A stretch of 34,901 bases of DNA from the NCBI GenBank assembly GCA_043745805.1, contig JAYTSD010000010.1:1-34901 (forward strand), given 5' to 3'. The notes beneath the pieces were generated by a model. The model saw only the letters and a program-made list of their open reading frames with translations. It was not told where the DNA came from and searched no databases. This document shows positions 10,753 to 18,972 of the stretch, one piece after another. Within the stretch, counting starts at the first letter, position 1, and every line of letters begins with the position of its first letter. The position numbers and the translations under genes are program-made. This stretch comes from Fibrobacteria bacterium. Its GTDB lineage: Bacteria > Fibrobacterota > Fibrobacteria > UBA11236.

Positions 10753-10877
10753 GTCATAAAATACCAGAGTTATTTTTTTGTATACTTTCGGGGAAAAAAG
10801 CGGGAATATTTTCCAGTTTAATAGCGCCTATGCCGCGCATATAGTACAATAAAAATAGTTGAGTAAGGAAATTGATT

Positions 10878-11033
10878 ATGTCTACGGAAGTCAAAGAAGT
10901 GAAAAAAAGTTCAAAATTATTAAAAGCCTTAGGTTTTATAGCGATTATTGCCATCGTGTTTGCCATTGTAAAATTCGTATTGGCTTTATTTAAAACCGAT
11001 GATGCCAGCGAAGAAAATCATAGCGGCGTTTAA
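10878..11033 (+). CDS. Small 51-aa single-pass membrane protein (absent from the ORF track)
   Basis: MSTEVKEVKKSSKLLKALGFIAIIAIVFAIVKFVLALFKTDDASEENHSGV*. RBS AAGGAA upstream and TACAAT near 10845. Basic N-terminus, hydrophobic helix, acidic tail. Confidence 0.7.
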   Translation: MSTEVKEVKKSSKLLKALGFIAIIAIVFAIVKFVLALFKTDDASEENHSGV

Positions 11034-12268
11034 CGCGAAGGCATTTGCTTTCTCTTACCTATATTGGCGCCATGTAATTCGGCAACTTTTGGGTAACCAT
11101 GAAAGAATATTTGTTTCCTCACTAAACTTCCATTTTCGCTAGCATAATAATAAGCAGGCCCTTCGAGCAAACTTTTTTGATAAACCAAGTCTTCTAGTAA
11201 AAAACCATTACTGGAAAACACCTTCCAATGCCCATGCTTTTTTCCCTCTTGGTACTCGCCTTGCAAAGACGGCATTCCATTCTCAAACCACTTTTCCACC
11301 CGCAAGGCCTTGCCCTGAGCATATAGTTGGCGTGTTTTCAACTTCCCACTGGGAAAATATTGTGTGTAGGCGCCATCGAGTAGTCCTGCACTAAAATGTT
11401 TCTGATCGGTTAACAAACCACTCGAATCATAAAAAATTATTTCTCCCGATCCATTTTTAAAAAAACCTTTTTCGCTTAAGCCGCCCGTCAAATTCCAAGC
11501 CCAAAGACTATCGTGTAATAAACCTTTGTGATATGTTTCACGACGAGATTTTTTTTCATTGGGATGGAAGCTTTCCCATACACTATCTTTCTCTCCTTGG
11601 GCATTAAACTTTCCTTTTATCATTATCGAACCATCGGGAAAATATTTCACATAAGCTCCATAGGTAACGCCAAAGTGACATGAGTATTCTTCGGCGGCGG
11701 ATTTCAGACCGTAATACGCCCGATACTCCCCCTCGGGATTAGCAGCGAAACATGAATTAATTAAAACTAAATCCCCTTTAGCATTCCATTTTTTCCAAAC
11801 ACCTATTTCATGATCGAAATGATATTTTCCTTCCCCACGCAATTCGGAGTTTTCCCAATATTCATGCCATAAACCTTCTTTTCCATTATGGAAATATTCC
11901 CCTTTAGAGGAAAGAGCGTAACGATTGAAATAAAATTCCCACACCCCTTCTTTCATGCCCTGCCGATATTTGCCTTGCGATTGATTTTGTCCATTATGCC
12001 AAAAACTACGATAGTTGCCATGCAATATTCCATTCTTGTACTGCGCATCGATTTCCCGATTATGATTGAAATAAAAGGATTGCTCGCGTATTAAATGGTT
12101 TTGGTCTTGCGTGGATTTACTCGTATAGGTGAGAATGCGCTTCGGCTGCCCTTGTGCATCATGCTCTACAATTTTTTCATAATGGCAAGCTTGCCAGGCC
12201 AAACCGATTAAGCCCAAGCCTAGGCGAAAAAGTATCCGCAAAATCTTTTGTGGTAAATCATTACTCAT
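11030..12268 (-). CDS. MORN-variant repeat (YwqK-like) protein, probable lipoprotein
   Basis: Many G.Y..G...G.W..Y/F..NG repeats. N-terminal hydrophobic segment ending LAWQAC. Confidence 0.85.
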   Translation of the reverse strand: MSNDLPQKILRILFRLGLGLIGLAWQACHYEKIVEHDAQGQPKRILTYTSKSTQDQNHLIREQSFYFNHNREIDAQYKNGILHGNYRSFWHNGQNQSQGKYRQGMKEGVWEFYFNRYALSSKGEYFHNGKEGLWHEYWENSELRGEGKYHFDHEIGVWKKWNAKGDLVLINSCFAANPEGEYRAYYGLKSAAEEYSCHFGVTYGAYVKYFPDGSIMIKGKFNAQGEKDSVWESFHPNEKKSRRETYHKGLLHDSLWAWNLTGGLSEKGFFKNGSGEIIFYDSSGLLTDQKHFSAGLLDGAYTQYFPSGKLKTRQLYAQGKALRVEKWFENGMPSLQGEYQEGKKHGHWKVFSSNGFLLEDLVYQKSLLEGPAYYYASENGSLVRKQIFFHGYPKVAELHGANIGKRKQMPSR

Positions 12269-12287
12269 TATTTTAATCTATCCTCGT

Positions 12288-12674
12288 ATGGGCAATGCAC
12301 GAACTCGATTTTTAACTCTAGGATTATTTCTTGCTTCCCTCTTTATCGGAAGTTGTAGCCATAAACCTCAACGCACAAGTAGCCCGCCGCCATGGCGCAT
12401 TATTCCCGAAACAACCATCAAACATCAACGGAAACAATTTTTTATTTATGGGAAAAATTTGGATCATGCCGAATTAAAAACCTCCGCATCCCTAACTTTA
12501 GAAAAAGGCTTGGTATCCAATGCAGGGCATGTTCTAGAGGTGTTTTTAATTGCGGACACGCTGGCCGCGCAACAAAATGAAATCAGAGAATTACCAGGCC
12601 GCAGAAATATTCAAGTAAAAACCTTGGATACTTTAGTGAATCTGCCTATAAGAATTTTACAGGAAGTGGAATAG
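12288..12674 (+). CDS. Hypothetical lipoprotein
   Basis: Signal peptide with lipobox LFIGSC and a beta-rich mature part. Confidence 0.65.
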   Translation: MGNARTRFLTLGLFLASLFIGSCSHKPQRTSSPPPWRIIPETTIKHQRKQFFIYGKNLDHAELKTSASLTLEKGLVSNAGHVLEVFLIADTLAAQQNEIRELPGRRNIQVKTLDTLVNLPIRILQEVE

Positions 12675-12683
12675 TCTTGGCAT

Positions 12684-13022
12684 TTATCCGTTAGATAAAC
12701 CTTTAATTACCAACACAATAATACCCACAAATATCACCACGCCCAATAATACTTTAGCCCATACGGGTACATGAGAGGACTCTTCATTCAACCAAGCCGC
12801 TTGAGGAATGGGCGTAGTCATCATCATATCCTCTGCGGTAAGCGCATCAGGAGTGATAGGAGCGTTTAAGTTAACAGGTAACTCTAAACCTCTTTTGGCA
12901 ATTTCTTCTACTAATGTTTGCTCAGCGGATTCCGGACCTATCTTACGGGCCTTCTTCAGCATTGCCATTAATTTTTGATCCGAAACCGTCTGGAGTTTTT
13001 CTTGGAACTCTTCCAGAGTCAT
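12684..13022 (-). CDS. Hypothetical protein with C-terminal TM helix
   Basis: Helical N-terminus (SDQKL...EEIAKRG), Pro-rich linker, TM segment WAKVLLGVVIFVGIIVLVI. AGAGG RBS upstream on the minus strand. Confidence 0.7.
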   Translation of the reverse strand: MTLEEFQEKLQTVSDQKLMAMLKKARKIGPESAEQTLVEEIAKRGLELPVNLNAPITPDALTAEDMMMTTPIPQAAWLNEESSHVPVWAKVLLGVVIFVGIIVLVIKGLSNG

Positions 13023-13155
13023 ATTAAACCTCTTGCTTTATTGTTAGTGTAATAAAAAGAAACCTTCAAAATCCACAATTTGCTATTTTCCCAACGGATT
13101 TTTTTATTCCGAATTAAGCGGCTCGCTTAATTAATGATCGATGAAGGAGAAACTT

Positions 13156-14151
13156 ATGCTAAAACCCATTAAAACTTTAGTCCTAATGACATTAATTCCT
13201 ATTTCCCTTTTTGCAGCTCCCAAAGAGCCAGGTTTGTTCGCAACTTTTTATACCGCAAAAGGCATTATCATTACGCAATTGGAATTTGAAAAAACCCCTT
13301 TGACGGTTGCTAATTTTGTGGGCCTTGCAGAAGGCACAAAGTCTTCGAATAAATCCAAAGGCGTAAAATTTTATGATGGTTTAACCTTTCATCGCGTCAT
13401 TGGCAATTTCATGATTCAAGGCGGAGACCCTGATGGCAACGGTACGGGTGGCCCTGGCTATAAATTCGCGGATGAGTTTAATCCTTCGCTCAAGCATGAT
13501 AAACCTGGCATGCTCTCTATGGCTAATGCAGGCCCTGGCACTAATGGCAGCCAATTTTTTATTACTCATGTCCCAACTCCCCATTTGGACGGGCATCATA
13601 CAATTTTTGGTCATGTTATTAAAGGGCAAGAGGTAGTAGATGCCATTGCGATGGGCGATAAAATGGATAGCATTCGTATTCAACGTGTAGGAGCCAAAGC
13701 CAAAAGTTTTAAATCCGACGAAGCCGCTTTCCAAGCGCTCGCCAAGAAAAAAACGGGCAGTAGCAATAATAAATATCCTGGAGCAACAGCCGAAATTCTC
13801 GATCAAATTAAAAATGCCAAAACCACCGCTTCAGGCTTAATGTATGTGGTACAGCAATCCGGCTCTGGTCCAAAACCAACTAAAGGAAAAAATGTGAAAG
13901 CTCATTATACGGGGCGTTTATTAGATGGCACCAAATTTGACAGCTCCGTAGACCGTGGTCAACCTTTTGAATTTGCGGTGGGTATGGGTAATGTGATTCC
14001 AGGTTGGGATGAAGCCTTTTTGGATATGCAAAAAGGAGAAAAGCGCACCTTAATTATTCCTGCAAATTTAGCCTATGGCGAACAAGGTGCCGGTGGCGTT
14101 ATACCTCCTAATGCCACATTAGTATTTGATGTGGAGTTAGTTAGTTTTTAA
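13156..14151 (+). CDS. Peptidyl-prolyl cis-trans isomerase, cyclophilin + FKBP fusion, exported
   Basis: Cyclophilin motifs [14 protein letters not shown] and [22 protein letters not shown] motifs [20 protein letters not shown] and [13 protein letters not shown]. Signal peptide. ATG 13156 follows AAGGAG. Confidence 0.95.
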   Translation: MLKPIKTLVLMTLIPISLFAAPKEPGLFATFYTAKGIIITQLEFEKTPLTVANFVGLAEGTKSSNKSKGVKFYDGLTFHRVIGNFMIQGGDPDGNGTGGPGYKFADEFNPSLKHDKPGMLSMANAGPGTNGSQFFITHVPTPHLDGHHTIFGHVIKGQEVVDAIAMGDKMDSIRIQRVGAKAKSFKSDEAAFQALAKKKTGSSNNKYPGATAEILDQIKNAKTTASGLMYVVQQSGSGPKPTKGKNVKAHYTGRLLDGTKFDSSVDRGQPFEFAVGMGNVIPGWDEAFLDMQKGEKRTLIIPANLAYGEQGAGGVIPPNATLVFDVELVSF

Positions 14152-14186
14152 ACTATCTCTTTATAGAATACGATAAAAGGACAAAT

Positions 14187-15446
14187 ATGTTTTTACGACT
14201 TAGCTTCTTCATACTTTGCTTAGGTAGCACCTATGCTACCTCTGCTACAAATCAAGATCCATCTCTCACGCCTAAAACCGAAGTTGCTAAATCAAGTTCC
14301 GCCGAACATTGGGACTCCCCCGATACAAATACCGAAAAAAAGCCAGCGCCCACAGAATCCGAAAAAACTACTCATCCACCTAAAAGTTCACAGCGGAAAA
14401 ATCGCCTTACTTATGTGGCCTTACAAACAGGCATTTCCACTTATGTTTATGGCTCCGCCATTCCTTGGGCATTTGGAGTTGAGGAAACTAAAATTCATGT
14501 GGCTATGCCTTTATTGGTAGCGCCACTAGCCTTCGGCAGTCATTTTTATTTCGCCAAGAGTAATGATTTTGAAGAGTCCCATTTATTAGGTACTTCCTAT
14601 TTGAGCATCGCCATGCTGTATACCATACATGCTTTAGCCTTTTCCACAATTTCTTCCGCCAAAACCGCACATCGTACCGCAAGCATTGCAGCGCTTGGAC
14701 TCTATCCGCTCAGCATTTGGGGAGGTTATGAACTCGGCAATCAATACATCGACTTACCAGGTCGCATTGAAACGCAATACAAATTTGCTTTAGGTTTTGG
14801 CTTATTAGGTTTATTAACCCCCTTGCTTTATTTTGAAAATACCGACAAGCATGGAGATTTAATTTGGCGTATTGGTCTGGCCCAAGGTATAGGCATGGCT
14901 GGCTTAGGACATGTGGTCTCGAGCTATTATCGTGTTGGCGAAAACATTCCTGCAGGAGTAAGCACAGGCATTGTGCAGCATTCCATTTTAGGAGCTATTG
15001 CTGGATTGGAAGTGGCTGCTTTAAGTGATGCAAGTTCCGTTCGACCTTGGTTAGGAGCCGCTTTATTAGGTGGTACTTTGGGCTTCACCGAAGGTTTATT
15101 TTATTATCGTGACAAATATGACACCAAAGAAAGAGCCTTTTATAATGGCCTAGGTGCTTTAGGTGGAACTTTAATGGGAACAGGTATTTTGGTATTAGCC
15201 GCAGACACTCAAGCATCCGATTACTCTCAAAAAATTCTCTTCGCCAGCTTACTGGGCGGTGGCGCCTGGTTAGGCTATTGGGTTACTAATTTTATGACTA
15301 GTGGTATGGAAGAAAAAACATCCTCGCTTAAGGAATCCTCCCCTTCCCATTGGAGCTTTATTCCTCTACCCATGCCTGAACCTCGTTTCGCAGGCAAGCA
15401 AATGTATATGCAATACCGAGTTCCTGGCTTAACCGTGACTTTTTGA
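14187..15446 (+). CDS. Gly-rich multi-helix membrane protein of unknown function
   Basis: Signal peptide, low-complexity linker, many GxxxG hydrophobic helices, C-terminal strand ending in Phe. AAAGGA RBS. Confidence 0.75.
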   Translation: MFLRLSFFILCLGSTYATSATNQDPSLTPKTEVAKSSSAEHWDSPDTNTEKKPAPTESEKTTHPPKSSQRKNRLTYVALQTGISTYVYGSAIPWAFGVEETKIHVAMPLLVAPLAFGSHFYFAKSNDFEESHLLGTSYLSIAMLYTIHALAFSTISSAKTAHRTASIAALGLYPLSIWGGYELGNQYIDLPGRIETQYKFALGFGLLGLLTPLLYFENTDKHGDLIWRIGLAQGIGMAGLGHVVSSYYRVGENIPAGVSTGIVQHSILGAIAGLEVAALSDASSVRPWLGAALLGGTLGFTEGLFYYRDKYDTKERAFYNGLGALGGTLMGTGILVLAADTQASDYSQKILFASLLGGGAWLGYWVTNFMTSGMEEKTSSLKESSPSHWSFIPLPMPEPRFAGKQMYMQYRVPGLTVTF

Positions 15447-15717
15447 ATCTAGCCAACCTAGAAAAGGATTGTCTTGAGTTTTTCGGGAGGTTATCCAGCA
15501 ATTTAATGCCGCAAGAAAAAAACGTTTCACAAGAAGAAATCCGCTTTCGAGGGTATTTTAAAACACATGGCAATTTTTGTTCAGCAACAGGGCATTACGA
15601 TATTACTTTTTGATAGGAAAGAAAAGCACAAAGTTTTGTTTAGATCGCCTTTGCAAAAAGTGTATCATCTAGCATGAATGACTTTGTCAATCTTTCGGTT
15701 CTCCTTATGAGGTGGGC

Positions 15718-17028
15718 ATGAGTCTCGTTGAAACCATTCACAGCACGCCCGATGCTATCCGTTTTTTTCTGGAGCCTATGCTTCAGAAGGCTCCAGACTT
15801 TATCTCCCAATTTACGTCCTCACTGTCCAAAGAACAAACACTTAACTTCAATACCGTAAATCGTTTTTTAGAATCTCAATTAGGTAACTCGCATCAAATT
15901 TTAGATGAGTTTAATGCCTTGCAAGCCAAGCTAGAAGAGGCCGATGGTTATACCGCAACCATTGAAAGGCAATACGAAGAATTAAAAGTTAAAGGCCAAT
16001 CCGCGCTCATGGAATTGCATCGCGGCAAAATAAAATTTAATGATTTAAAAATTTCTCTCTGTCGCTTTATCATTTATATGGAAACGCCAAATCGAAATGG
16101 CGTAAAAAATTTCTCCAATGTAGAAGAATGGAATGATGCCGCCACTTTAGCTGAAATGCGCTTGACGCGAAAGCTGGAGGTTGATTCCGACAAAGCCTTA
16201 CAAAAATTTTTGGCTTTGTTTATGACTTTTCGTTCTATTGTTTGTTCCTATCATGGACCCGCCGATTCTATCCGACAAATAGAAAGCGCGCTCGCGTCAC
16301 TCGATGCCATCTATGATAAAAACAAACTGGAAGTGGAAGTGCATAAAGCTGCCCAGCGCTTAGCGGAAACCCGCAAAGAACTATCCACCGTTAAAATCAA
16401 TTTAAATAGCTTACAAACTCAATTAGCCGAAAAGAAAAATCAAGCCGAGCAGCTCACTAAATTAATGCATTTACAAGAGAAGCCTAGTTATGGCCGAATT
16501 TTCATTGCGCTATTTATTGTCTTTCTGGTTTTAGGTGCCTTGGCTTTTAATTTTTGGGGAGACTTAAAAACGCAAAGGAAAAAATGGTCCTTACCCGTAG
16601 GTCCACAAGCCTGTAAGGACATTGCTTTGCAATTGCAAAAGTCACCTCGCTATCAAAGCCAAGTGCTTATCTTTCGCAAATATAATCAAGACGTTTATTT
16701 TAAGGCCAGTGCCGAGACTTGTGAAAAAATGTATCGCCTAGACAGCTTGCAAATCACGTCCTTGGCGCATGTATTACAAGATGATTATACTCAAGGCCAT
16801 CAGGACTTTGCGACCTTCCGAGGGAATCGTGTCTTACAAGTAAAAGAAATTGGACTAAATAAACTAGTGGTTAAATTGGCCAATCATACCGAAGAAGATA
16901 TTCATTACAAATTAAAAATTTTAGAACACGCCACATTGCTGCGCGCCGTATTGCAAGCCGATAAAGAAAATAATACCGAAGATTTATTGATCGTCGATTT
17001 AAATAATAAAACTCAAGTGACCGAATAA
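15718..17028 (+). CDS. Hypothetical bitopic membrane protein with N-terminal coiled coil
   Basis: Long ORF with heptad-rich N-terminal half and one TM (IFIALFIVFLVLGALAF). ATG 15718 follows GAGGTGG; GTG 15712 is the alternative. Confidence 0.75.
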   Translation: MSLVETIHSTPDAIRFFLEPMLQKAPDFISQFTSSLSKEQTLNFNTVNRFLESQLGNSHQILDEFNALQAKLEEADGYTATIERQYEELKVKGQSALMELHRGKIKFNDLKISLCRFIIYMETPNRNGVKNFSNVEEWNDAATLAEMRLTRKLEVDSDKALQKFLALFMTFRSIVCSYHGPADSIRQIESALASLDAIYDKNKLEVEVHKAAQRLAETRKELSTVKINLNSLQTQLAEKKNQAEQLTKLMHLQEKPSYGRIFIALFIVFLVLGALAFNFWGDLKTQRKKWSLPVGPQACKDIALQLQKSPRYQSQVLIFRKYNQDVYFKASAETCEKMYRLDSLQITSLAHVLQDDYTQGHQDFATFRGNRVLQVKEIGLNKLVVKLANHTEEDIHYKLKILEHATLLRAVLQADKENNTEDLLIVDLNNKTQVTE

Positions 17029-17044
17029 GCTTAATTAAAAGCTC

Positions 17045-17608
17045 TCATCGCACATTTATCATCGCTTGTGCACCGATAATATTTGCAGCAAAAAAAAGCA
17101 TTAAAAAAAATCCGGGTATCCGCACAAATACCCAAACCCACTTTCCCCAATTTGCGGCCGCATAAATTGTCACTACCGAATGCACAATTAACCACCAAGG
17201 TAATTGTTGACTCATCAGCCGTAACATCTCCGTTACTAATTCCCGCGTCAATTCAGGTTTGAGTTTGACAATATTTTCAATTCCCATATATTTCACACCC
17301 ATATCCAACATTAAAGCCTTGTGAAAGCCATACCAAGCCGCTAACATGACCACAGCAAATAAAATATTGACTAAAGCGCCTTGTATTTTGAAATAAAAAT
17401 CGTTTTTGGTTTTGATTGATAAAATCACGAAAACAACCAAAATTAAAAAGGCTATTATGCTTAAATAATCGATAGTGTGAAAACGAATCAGGGTAAAAGC
17501 CAATTCCCCAATACCTAGGGCTAGAGCGCCCCATAGTGCGCTGGCCTTGCTGGTCCAAGAATCCAAAACCACGAAGGCAAGAATAGGTAAAAAGCCAAGC
17601 CATTGCAT
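17045..17608 (-). CDS. YciB/IspZ-like inner membrane protein
   Basis: About 5 TM helices with FLPILAF at the start, ND.YFKIQ, and C-terminal WV.V...G, as in YciB-like proteins. Start placed at MQWLG. Confidence 0.65.
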   Translation of the reverse strand: MQWLGFLPILAFVVLDSWTSKASALWGALALGIGELAFTLIRFHTIDYLSIIAFLILVVFVILSIKTKNDFYFKIQGALVNILFAVVMLAAWYGFHKALMLDMGVKYMGIENIVKLKPELTRELVTEMLRLMSQQLPWWLIVHSVVTIYAAANWGKWVWVFVRIPGFFLMLFFAANIIGAQAMINVR

Positions 17609-17688
17609 AAAAATCCCAACTGTGTTGAAAGCCCGTAATATAGCATTTACCGGCATCGTATACTAATTTTGTATACAAAGGGAGAATT

Positions 17689-18528
17689 ATGATAAAGCCC
17701 AACTCAAAGAAAACAGAATTAACCTCAATTGCCGATGTGCAAAATTTTGAAGATACTCGCCATATCGATATTAATAAAGTCGGCATCAAAGGCATTCGCC
17801 ATCCGGTTAAGGTAAAAGACCGCACCGGTGGAGAACAACACACTATCGCCAATTTCAACATGTATGTGTATTTGCCGCATAATTTCAAAGGCACGCATAT
17901 GTCGCGCTTTGTAGAAATACTCAATCATCGTCAAACAGAAATCACCGTAGAAACATTTAAAGAAATGTTACCAGAAATGGCCGAGCGCCTCAACTCCGAA
18001 AGTGGCGATATTGAAATGACTTTTCCTTATTTCGTGAACAAAAGTGCGCCCGTATCGGGCGTAAAAAGTTTATTGGATTATGACGTCACCTTTATCGGTA
18101 AAAGTTGTGGAGAAAAAACCACTATGACTTTAAAGGTTGTAGTACCCGTAACGAGCTTATGCCCTTGCTCCAAAAAAATCTCCGAGTATGGCGCTCATAA
18201 TCAACGATCACATGTTACCGTAACCGCAAAAATTGCGCCGGGAAAACATTTTGTGTGGATAGAAGATATTATTGACTTGGTAGAATCTACGGCTTCCTGT
18301 CAGCTTTATGGTTTACTCAAAAGACCGGACGAAAAATATGTCACAGAAAAAGCCTACGATAATCCCAAATTTGTGGAAGATATGGTGCGCGATGTGGCGC
18401 ATTTACTGAATATCGACGCCCGTATTGAAGCCTATATTGTTGAATCCGAAAATTTCGAATCAATTCACAATCACTCCGCCTATGCGTTGATTGAAAATGA
18501 TAAAACTCAAAAAAAAGACAAGCGCTAA
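17689..18528 (+). CDS. folE2: GTP cyclohydrolase IB (FolE2/MptA family)
   Basis: [51 protein letters not shown]. Confidence 0.96.
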   Translation: MIKPNSKKTELTSIADVQNFEDTRHIDINKVGIKGIRHPVKVKDRTGGEQHTIANFNMYVYLPHNFKGTHMSRFVEILNHRQTEITVETFKEMLPEMAERLNSESGDIEMTFPYFVNKSAPVSGVKSLLDYDVTFIGKSCGEKTTMTLKVVVPVTSLCPCSKKISEYGAHNQRSHVTVTAKIAPGKHFVWIEDIIDLVESTASCQLYGLLKRPDEKYVTEKAYDNPKFVEDMVRDVAHLLNIDARIEAYIVESENFESIHNHSAYALIENDKTQKKDKR

Positions 18529-18569
18529 AAACGCTAGCATTGCTTTTTGCTGTCAATTTGATCATCCGC

Positions 18570-18598
18570 TAGACAAAATTCTTGCGCATTAATAGCTT
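18570..18598 (+). promoter_or_regulatory. Candidate sigma70-type promoter for the riboswitch/btu operon
   Basis: TAGACA-N17-TAGCTT. The implied start (about 18605) coincides with the riboswitch 5' end. Confidence 0.4.
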
Positions 18599-18604
18599 TG
18601 CGCC

Positions 18605-18836
18605 TTCATTCAGGGAGTCCGACTTATTCCATATAAGAAGGACATAACGAGGAATTCCGTGTAAATCGGAAGCGAGCTCGTCGCTGTATGCGTTACGAAA
18701 TCCTATCCTCTCCGGTTTTACCATTGGAGAGGAAGCCACTGTTACTCGCGAGAGCAATGGGAAGGTGGGAAAGTAGGTTGGGAGTTACCCTTGGGTTTCC
18801 CAGAATGCGCAAGCCAGAAGACTCACCTGTTTGAGA
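18605..18836 (+). ncRNA. Cobalamin (B12) riboswitch
   Basis: CGAGGAA-TTCCG-TGTAAAT-CGGAA...CTCG..CTGT, then GCCACTG...TGGGAAGG, then the B12 box AAGCCAGAAGAC. The 5' CAGGGAGTC can pair with the 3' GACTCACCTG. Lies directly upstream of a TonB-dependent receptor. Confidence 0.93.
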
Positions 18837-18972
18837 ACTGATTAATCTTCGAAGACAAGATTAGCGGGAATAGTTAGCGCTTTGCGCCAATTTGGTTTCC
18901 GTTTCCCTTGCTTCGAAGTTTCACTTTTTGCCAAGAGTATGATCGCAGACATCATCTCTGGGGAGCTTCTAT

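Noticed and set aside
10754..10966. 70-aa minus-strand ORF
   Set aside because: The overlapping plus-strand 51-aa ORF has the better RBS and a more protein-like composition.
11030..12268. MORN-variant/YwqK-like protein as an antitoxin of a toxin system
   Set aside because: No adjacent toxin gene. The repeat is widespread, and the 'antitoxin' label is commonly over-propagated.
13156..14151. Cyclophilin-FKBP fusion as a novelty
   Set aside because: Dual-family PPIases of this architecture are already known in Bacteroidetes, spirochaetes and deltaproteobacteria.
15447..15717. 35-aa ORF (MPQEKNVSQEEIRFRGYF...) in the intergenic region
   Set aside because: The GGGAGG is too far from the ATG and I recognise no motif, so I cannot support it as a gene or remnant.
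18569..18757. 62-aa minus-strand ORF
   Set aside because: Lies antisense to the cobalamin riboswitch, which explains the sequence.
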